NCBI GenBank assembly: GCA_013152275.1
Contig: JAADGS010000031.1
Location: 62,001 to 82,308, forward strand
Direction: 5' to 3'
Length of the DNA: 20,308 bases
Source: Actinomycetota bacterium
GTDB lineage: Bacteria; Actinomycetota; Acidimicrobiia; Spongiisociales; UBA4744
This document shows positions 14,767 to 20,308 of this stretch, piece after piece (positions within the stretch are counted from its first letter, which is position 1; each line of letters begins with the position of its first letter). The position numbers and the translations under genes are program-made. The notes beneath the pieces are model-generated. The model saw nothing but the letters and a program-made list of their open reading frames with translations, ran no database searches and was not told the origin of the DNA.

Positions 14767-17097
14767 CTAGGCGACCGGGGCGATCAAGTCACGCATCGTA
14801 CACCCGGCGCACTTCAGCCCACCGAGCATCTCTGCTTGTTGGAGCGCGGCCAGGGCGGCCAGCGTCGACTCGGCTCCCTGGTTCAGATTGATGTGATCGG
14901 GACCCAGGCCATCGCCGCATCCCCCGGTTTGCGGGTCGTAGAGAACCGCCCCGGTGTCGTTGGCACCCACAAACCAGCGAGCCGCTCGTTCGACGCGTTC
15001 CTTCCACCGGCTGTCGCCGGTGAGGGACCATGCCCGGCTGCACGCATCGGCCATGGCAGCTGCTTCCAAGGGCTGCTGGTCGAAGCCCGGCCGAGGTTCA
15101 TCCGGTGCCCACCCACCTACGGGCGTGAAACTGAAGTGGCCGTCGAGTGTTTCCGTGGACACCAACCATTCGAGGAGGTGGAGGCCGGCATCGACGAGCC
15201 CTTCGTCGGGAAGCAGCGACCCGGCGGCCAGAAGAGCCTCGGGGATGCGAGCGTTGTCGTAGGTGAGCCGTTCTTCCGGCCATGGCCAGCGAGCATCATC
15301 CGGCACGGCGAGGCGGTCGACGCACTGCTCCAGAATATGCCGAGCATGACGGTGGTCGGGTGATGAGAGCAAGACCTCGGCTGCCCCCAGTATCGCAAAC
15401 GAGTTCGAGCGTGGAAAGGGCGAGTGGAAATCCCGTTGCCTGTCGAACATGGCCAGTCCGACTTCGCGCATCCAGGTTGCCGGACCGCTGCGGGCGACCG
15501 ACCCCAGCGCCCACAGCGCCCGTCCCTGGGAGTCGTCCGAACCCACTTCGTCCGCCCAGGACCCGTTTGATCTGCGACGGTTGTGGAAGCCGCCACCGGG
15601 CAGTTGAGCGTGCTGGAGGAATGCAAGATAGATCTTGGCCAGCTCGACGAGATCGCGAGACGGATTCGGCCGGCGACTGATGACGATCAGCGCCCGAGCG
15701 TTGTCGTCGGTGCAGTAGCCGTGCTCGGTGCGCGGAACCGTGTAGCGGGCGTGTTCCCAGAGACCTCGTCGATCGGTCATCCGTCGCAGATGTTCGAAGC
15801 GAGGAGCCGGTAGGGGACCGGCGAGGCTCCGGCCGGGCACGGGGTCCGGTCGGAGAGAGTGCTCTCTCGATGTGAGGCGACCGAGCGAAGCTGCAACCAT
15901 GCGTGGCGGGGCATTCAGGGTTTCCCGCGGACGCTCGGCAGTGGTGAGAGTTCGGGTCGCCCGCTGCCGGGCCGCCAGCTTGGTCGCCAGGCGATCGTAT
16001 TGGTGGGCGATCGTGGGCCAGAAGAGAGTCGAACCTATGAGGCGTGCCTTCCGGGCCATCCGGGCGGCCAAGGAGGGGTGGGTCAACACCTTTCGGAGGG
16101 CAGCCGTCAACGCGATCGGATCGCGGTGTGGAACGACGATCCCGGCACCGTCCGCCAGGAGTTCGACGGCGTGGGGGAAGGCCGTGGCGACAACCGGCTT
16201 GCCTGCCGCGATGGCCTCCACCAGCACACCCGAGGTGACTTGCTGGGTGGACTCGTAGGGAAGCACGACCAGATCGGCTTGGCGGACTGCAAGAGCGAGT
16301 GTGTCGGTATCGGGATACCGGGTATCGAACTCGACGACATCATCCAGTCCGAGATCATGGACCCGGGCGGCGAGGCCTTTCAAGTACGCATCGCCTTGGG
16401 AAGCGCGGATTTTCGGGTGCATCTCGCCGAGAATGACGTAGCGGGGAAGGGGACGAAGGTCCTGAAGGCTCGCGAAGGCGTCGATCGCGGTCTCCAAACC
16501 CTTGCCTGGCCCGATGAGGCCCCACGTAAGCACGACAGGTCGGGTTCCGTTCGCCAATGACGGGCCACTCAGGTTGACTGCCGCTCCGTGCGGGATCATT
16601 CGCACCTTCGCCGGGTCGACCTGGTAGCCGTTGACGAGCCGCCGGCCGGCCGTATGGCTCATCACGATCGTCCGTTCCGTCAGGGCAATCACGTTCTCCA
16701 GGATCGACCGTTGGCTTGGGCTGGGTTGGCCGAGCACGGTATGGAGCGTGACGATTGCCGGGATTTCGAGGCCTGAGAGCAGATCGAGAACCTCGCTGCC
16801 ATCAGGTCCGGCGTAGATCCCATACTCGTGTTGGACAAACGCCACGTCGAAGGAGTTCAGTGCTTCGATCGCACTCCGCAAGGACGTATGGTCGCCGTTG
16901 AGATGTTCGTACACGACTTCTGGTCGGGCCTTGTCGAGCCGCTCGTCCACCAAGCTCACGACGCCGAGCCCTTCGTCTGAGCCGCGTGTGTCCGCAATGG
17001 CGCCGCGCAAGGCGGCCGTGAATGTTGCCAACCCGCACTGTGTGGGTGGATAGGTACTCAAGAATCCGATTGAGGGGAGTTCTCTGTCGCGCCTCAT
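14767..17097 (-). CDS. GT4 glycosyltransferase fused to a C-terminal six-hairpin glycosidase-like domain
   Basis: N-half: STYPPTQCGLATF, QHEYGIY, IPHG, TWGLIGPGKG, LPY...SGVLVEAIAAGKPVVAT. C-half: EHARY...HGYCTDDNARAL, DSQGRALWALG, LTYDNARIPEAL, FDQQPLEA, NLNQGAESTLA. ATG 17097 has AAGGTG upstream (alternative GTG 17148). Confidence 0.88.
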   Translation of the reverse strand: MRRDRELPSIGFLSTYPPTQCGLATFTAALRGAIADTRGSDEGLGVVSLVDERLDKARPEVVYEHLNGDHTSLRSAIEALNSFDVAFVQHEYGIYAGPDGSEVLDLLSGLEIPAIVTLHTVLGQPSPSQRSILENVIALTERTIVMSHTAGRRLVNGYQVDPAKVRMIPHGAAVNLSGPSLANGTRPVVLTWGLIGPGKGLETAIDAFASLQDLRPLPRYVILGEMHPKIRASQGDAYLKGLAARVHDLGLDDVVEFDTRYPDTDTLALAVRQADLVVLPYESTQQVTSGVLVEAIAAGKPVVATAFPHAVELLADGAGIVVPHRDPIALTAALRKVLTHPSLAARMARKARLIGSTLFWPTIAHQYDRLATKLAARQRATRTLTTAERPRETLNAPPRMVAASLGRLTSREHSLRPDPVPGRSLAGPLPAPRFEHLRRMTDRRGLWEHARYTVPRTEHGYCTDDNARALIVISRRPNPSRDLVELAKIYLAFLQHAQLPGGGFHNRRRSNGSWADEVGSDDSQGRALWALGSVARSGPATWMREVGLAMFDRQRDFHSPFPRSNSFAILGAAEVLLSSPDHRHARHILEQCVDRLAVPDDARWPWPEERLTYDNARIPEALLAAGSLLPDEGLVDAGLHLLEWLVSTETLDGHFSFTPVGGWAPDEPRPGFDQQPLEAAAMADACSRAWSLTGDSRWKERVERAARWFVGANDTGAVLYDPQTGGCGDGLGPDHINLNQGAESTLAALAALQQAEMLGGLKCAGCTMRDLIAPVA

Positions 17098-17402
17098 GAA
17101 ATCCCACCTTCTGAAAGGTTTGTCGATAGGGCCGGTGTCTGATGTCACAGCAGTCGCTCATGCGGGCGGAGAGAATGAACTCTGGGGAAGTCCGCGCGAA
17201 CAATGAGGAGCTGAGGCTGGGTCCGTTTTCAAGATGAAGTTTACAGCAATGCTCCGGACTATCGATAATCAAGGTCGCCGTTGCAGGCCGGTATGTACGA
17301 GCGAAAAGTCCCAGTTCATTGGGGGTGTACGGCTATCGGGGAACTCGAGTGTCGGTGGCATGCCTACCGGAAACCGTCTGCGGAGGTGTTCACCGGCGTG
17401 GG

Positions 17403-17684
17403 TCAGGTCCCGGATGTGTCCCGATCCTGGGAGGCGGGCTTCTCCGGGTTGTCGAGACGGCTCGACTCGTTGTCGACCGAGCGGAACTCACCGGTACGGG
17501 TCTCTTGGATCGCATAGTCGATCCTCGGATCGTAGATCTTGGTGATTCCCTCAGGTCCTCGCTTGCCTCGGTAGGTGATCCACCCGTTTCGATCCGCCCA
17601 CACGGCGAGGAGGTGCAGGCCGCAGAGTGCCCCTGCGAGGAGTGTCATGGCCACCAGGACGATGCCGGCGTAGATCCATCCCAT
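17403..17684 (-). CDS. Small hypothetical membrane protein
   Basis: 93 aa. N-terminal hydrophobic helix followed by LHLLAVWADRNGWITY and a charged tail. Co-oriented with its neighbours. Confidence 0.55.
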   Translation of the reverse strand: MGWIYAGIVLVAMTLLAGALCGLHLLAVWADRNGWITYRGKRGPEGITKIYDPRIDYAIQETRTGEFRSVDNESSRLDNPEKPASQDRDTSGT

Positions 17685-17729
17685 GGAGACAGTATGATCG
17701 ATTCCGGCTTGCAGTGGATCTGAACCGAG

Positions 17730-17942
17730 CTAATCGGCGACCAGGTCCTCACGACTCTTGGTGCATCGGCGGAGAACTTCGGCGGTGTTGTCTTGCCGTA
17801 TGTCGAAGAAACCTTCGAGTTCTTCGGAGAGGGGCTTGGGAAGCCCACCTTTGAGAAAACCGAGGACCGTCTCGACTGCCCGCGATGCCTTGTCTGTTGA
17901 AATACCTGTCTTCTTGGCTGCGAGCTTGACGATTTCGTCCAT
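17730..17942 (-). CDS. Small helical hypothetical protein (DUF2267/HU-N-terminus-like)
   Basis: MDEIVKLAAKKTGISTDKASRAVETVLGFLKGGLP matches a pattern I recall from small conserved proteins (MDELVK...KTGIS...A...AVETV..FLK..LP). GAGG RBS upstream. Confidence 0.6.
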   Translation of the reverse strand: MDEIVKLAAKKTGISTDKASRAVETVLGFLKGGLPKPLSEELEGFFDIRQDNTAEVLRRCTKSREDLVAD

Positions 17943-18105
17943 ACGGCCTCATATCGAAATAGGAAGGCTCCTAACGTGCGGATGATTGGAGCCCTGCAAC
18001 CACTGCCGACTGTGACGTATTGTCGTCATCATTGTGCATCGGTGGCCTCGCCAACACCTTCGCGATGTGCCAGGATGCAGTCAGACAAGTCGAGGAGGAA
18101 TGGCT

Positions 18106-18501
18106 ATGGCGATGTCGGATGAGCACAAAGCGGCGCTAGCTCAAGGTCGGAGAGAAAGCCGGATGGTCAAAGGGTATCTCGAGGCCCTCGGGAGTCGCCG
18201 TCCCGGCCGGCCCATTACTCGTGAATCGTTGCAGCGTAAGCTCGACAATTTGGACAGCAAGATTGCAGTCGAAGAGGACCCTTTGAGGAAGGTCGAACTC
18301 ATCCAGCAGCGCATCGAGGCCGAGCAAGCGCTCAGTGCTGTTTCCGAGTCGGCCGATATGGCCGCCTTTGAGGCCGGGTTCATCGAGGTGGCGAAGAGTT
18401 ACTCGGAGAGAAAAGGGATCAGCTATTCGGCCTGGCGGCAGATTGGCGTTCCTGCCGATGTGCTCCGAAAGGCGGGAGTCCCCCGGACTCGCAGAACCTA
18501 G
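18106..18501 (+). CDS. Conserved-looking hypothetical protein, basic and helical
   Basis: Strong GAGGAGG RBS (18092-18098) 7 nt before ATG 18106. Sequence MSDEHKAALAQGR...YLEAL...RRPGRP...AKSYSERKGISYSAWRQIGVPADVLRKAG. Confidence 0.85.
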   Translation: MAMSDEHKAALAQGRRESRMVKGYLEALGSRRPGRPITRESLQRKLDNLDSKIAVEEDPLRKVELIQQRIEAEQALSAVSESADMAAFEAGFIEVAKSYSERKGISYSAWRQIGVPADVLRKAGVPRTRRT

Positions 18502-18860
18502 TCCCACCCGAGTTCGTGGAGTCGGCGGTCGTCGAAGCCGAGATGGTGTGCGATCTCGTGGAGAACCGTTGCTCTGATCTCGGCTCGCAGGTCCGAACCA
18601 GAGAGTCCCAGTTCGAGATGGGAGAGACGGAAGATCGTGATCCTGTCCGGGAGATAGCCCGTGTAGTCGATGCCGCGTTCGGTGAGGGAGACACCTTCGT
18701 AGAGTCCGAGAAGTCCCGGTTCATTCTCCGGGGGCCGTTCTTCCACGACGATGGCCAGATTCTCGATCTGGTCGAGTATGTCCTTGGGGATCTCGTCGAG
18801 GGCAGCGTCGACGACGGACTCGAACTCTGCTCGTGACATCGGTATCGGGGCTTCGTGCAT
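18498..18860 (-). CDS. Minimal zincin-like metallopeptidase family protein
   Basis: FESVVDAALDEIP, LLGLYEGVSLTER, PDRITIFR and the HExxH motif TVLHEIAHHLG. Confidence 0.92.
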   Translation of the reverse strand: MHEAPIPMSRAEFESVVDAALDEIPKDILDQIENLAIVVEERPPENEPGLLGLYEGVSLTERGIDYTGYLPDRITIFRLSHLELGLSGSDLRAEIRATVLHEIAHHLGFDDRRLHELGWD

Positions 18861-18882
18861 GGTAGGTAGTATGCCTCGGCAC

Positions 18883-18954
18883 GGGCGATTAGCTCAGCGG
18901 GAGAGCGCTGCCTTCACACGGCAGAGGTCACTGGTTCGATCCCAGTATCGCCCA
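18883..18954 (+). tRNA. tRNA-Val (CAC)
   Basis: Acceptor stem GGGCGAT/ATCGCCC, anticodon arm CTGCC-TTCACAC-GGCAG, T arm ACTGG-TTCGATC-CCAGT, A73. Confidence 0.97.
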
Positions 18955-18986
18955 CTCCTGGTTTCCCTTGTGGTTGTTGGGTTTCT

Positions 18987-20132
18987 CTAGGTCAGTCCCC
19001 TCCCTTGGTCGCGGTGTCGGTTGCGTCGCGTCCACAATGCGTCCACATCAGAAGGGTCCCATGGCGGGTTCAACGTGTCGGCGGCGCCTCGGTCGAGGCC
19101 TTCGTAGAGGTGGCCGTAGACGTCGAGGACGGTCTTGACGCTGGTGTGGCCGAGTCTCGATGCGATGATGGCGGGGTGGGCGCCTTCGGCGATGAGGAGG
19201 GCGACGTGGCTGTGTCTCAGGTCGTGGAACCGCATGGGTTGGCCGACCGATGCCGCGACGGCGGGGAGCCACACTCGGGAGCGGAAGGCGTTGCGGCGAA
19301 TCGGTCCGCCTTGGGGGGCGGTGAAGAGCAGCCCGTCGGGTCCGGGCGGGTAGTCGGTGAGGTGTTGGTCGATGACTTCCGGTAACCAGGTGGGGAGGGT
19401 GACGGCTCGGCGGGCGGCGGCGGTCTTGGGCTGGCCGAACCGGAGGTGGCCGCGGACTTCGGCGAGGGACCGGTCGATGCGGAAGATGCGCTTGTCGGGC
19501 TGGTAGCGGTCGGTGTCGAGGGCGAGGAGTTCCCCGATCCGGCAGCCCGTGTACGCCCCGGCGATGACAAGGGCCCGATATCGCGGGTCGATGGTGTCGG
19601 CAAGGTGGGTGATCTCGTCGGGGGAGAGGAACCGTTTCTCGGTCTGTTCGATCTTGGGCAGGTCGACGTCCCGACACGGGCTGGCGGCGATGAGGCCGCC
19701 GTTGACGGCGTCGTTGAGGATCCGACCGAGCAGTTGGTAGGCCTTGCGGATGGTGGCCGGCGCGTAGCCGTCGGCGTCGAGGTCGTTGACCCACTCTTGG
19801 ACGTCGAACAGGCCGATCGCCCCTATCGGCATCTCAGCGAAGGTGGGAAGAACGAGGCTGCGTAGGTACGACTCGTCGCGGGCTTTGGTCGAGTCTCGGC
19901 GGTTCACCCACCCGGCAGTCGCCTGCTCGGCGAAATCTCCGAGTCGGATCCTTCCGGCTCGAGGGTCGATGTAGGTGCCGGCGAGTTTGCGGGCCTCGAC
20001 GGTGATGAGGAACCGTTCGGCGTCGATGCGACGACCAAAGTTCTTCGACCGCTGGGTGCCTCTCGGATCTCGCCAGCGGGCCTGCCATGAGATCCGACCC
20101 GAACGATGTGTGACCTTGCGGATCGACGCCAC
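18987..20132 (-). CDS. Tyrosine recombinase / phage-type integrase
   Basis: N-terminal arm-binding-like region (WQARWRDPRG...SKNF) and complete catalytic set R (TGCRIGEL), K (PKT), HxxR (FHDLRHS), H (RLGH), Y (DVYGH). The 3' end lies 32 bp from tRNA-Val(CAC). Start is GTG 20132 or 20138. Confidence 0.95.
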   Translation of the reverse strand: MASIRKVTHRSGRISWQARWRDPRGTQRSKNFGRRIDAERFLITVEARKLAGTYIDPRAGRIRLGDFAEQATAGWVNRRDSTKARDESYLRSLVLPTFAEMPIGAIGLFDVQEWVNDLDADGYAPATIRKAYQLLGRILNDAVNGGLIAASPCRDVDLPKIEQTEKRFLSPDEITHLADTIDPRYRALVIAGAYTGCRIGELLALDTDRYQPDKRIFRIDRSLAEVRGHLRFGQPKTAAARRAVTLPTWLPEVIDQHLTDYPPGPDGLLFTAPQGGPIRRNAFRSRVWLPAVAASVGQPMRFHDLRHSHVALLIAEGAHPAIIASRLGHTSVKTVLDVYGHLYEGLDRGAADTLNPPWDPSDVDALWTRRNRHRDQGRGLT

Positions 20133-20218
20133 CTGCACCTCGCTTCGTTAGGTTCTTCTGTGGCGACGATGCCGCACGACCCTGTCACCAGAGTGTCAGA
20201 AACCCTCCAACTCGACGC

Positions 20219-20308
20219 TGTTCATTCCGGGGAGATCGGTGACAGATCGTTCCGGACACATGTGTGACAGTGTTCCGGACAGATGTGTGACACCACCGAG
20301 TTGATTGC
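20219..20308. mobile_element. Terminus of an insertion sequence, IS481-like
   Basis: Begins TGT-TCATTCCGGGGAGATCGGTGACAG and carries three ~22-bp direct repeats (20224, 20249, 20272; consensus GTTCCGGACAGATGTGTGACA). No transposase is in the window. Confidence 0.6.

Larger units (their letters stand above)
18955..20308. mobile_element. Left end of an integrative element inserted at tRNA-Val(CAC), continuing beyond the window
   Basis: Intact integrase convergent on the tRNA 3' end, with paired direct repeats GCGTCCACA at 19028 and 19039. The other att site is not in the window. Confidence 0.7.

Noticed and set aside
17350..17372. Second PafBC-like motif TGTCGGTGGCATGCCTACCGG
   Set aside because: Spacing to TA is 9 rather than 10, the final T of the -10 is missing, and no gene follows on that strand.
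8207..18954. The two tRNA-Val genes as attL/attR of one element
   Set aside because: They are different full-length isoacceptors (GAC and CAC) with different acceptor and T stems, not a duplicated 3' end.
20224..20293. Repeats as a CRISPR array
   Set aside because: Units are nearly contiguous (1-3 nt apart) with no spacers, and no cas genes are present.

Overview
GC-rich bacterial DNA, most likely Actinomycetota (Acidimicrobiia-like, inferred from gene content and protein style). 1-8.3 kb is core genome. It holds a tightly coupled rny(3' end)-miaB-miaA-dapF-hflX operon; lexA divergent from a LysM membrane protein (YneA/ChiZ-like) and nrdR, with four SOS boxes and a PafBC/RecA-NDp-like promoter between them; a Zn-ribbon membrane protein divergent from dut; and a tRNA-Gly/Cys/Val cluster. 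About 8.3-18.0 kb looks like a decayed island at tRNA-Val(GAC): an integrase 3' remnant, several gene fragments, a frameshifted deaminase, a truncated MFS gene, an intact HAD hydrolase, and an intact convergent carbohydrate cluster (GT4-GH5 >< GH130-GT4 fusion). At the right end are a hypothetical protein, a minimal zincin, tRNA-Val(CAC), an intact tyrosine integrase and what looks like the terminus of an IS481-like element running out of the window. All family assignments come from motif recognition only; no database search was run.
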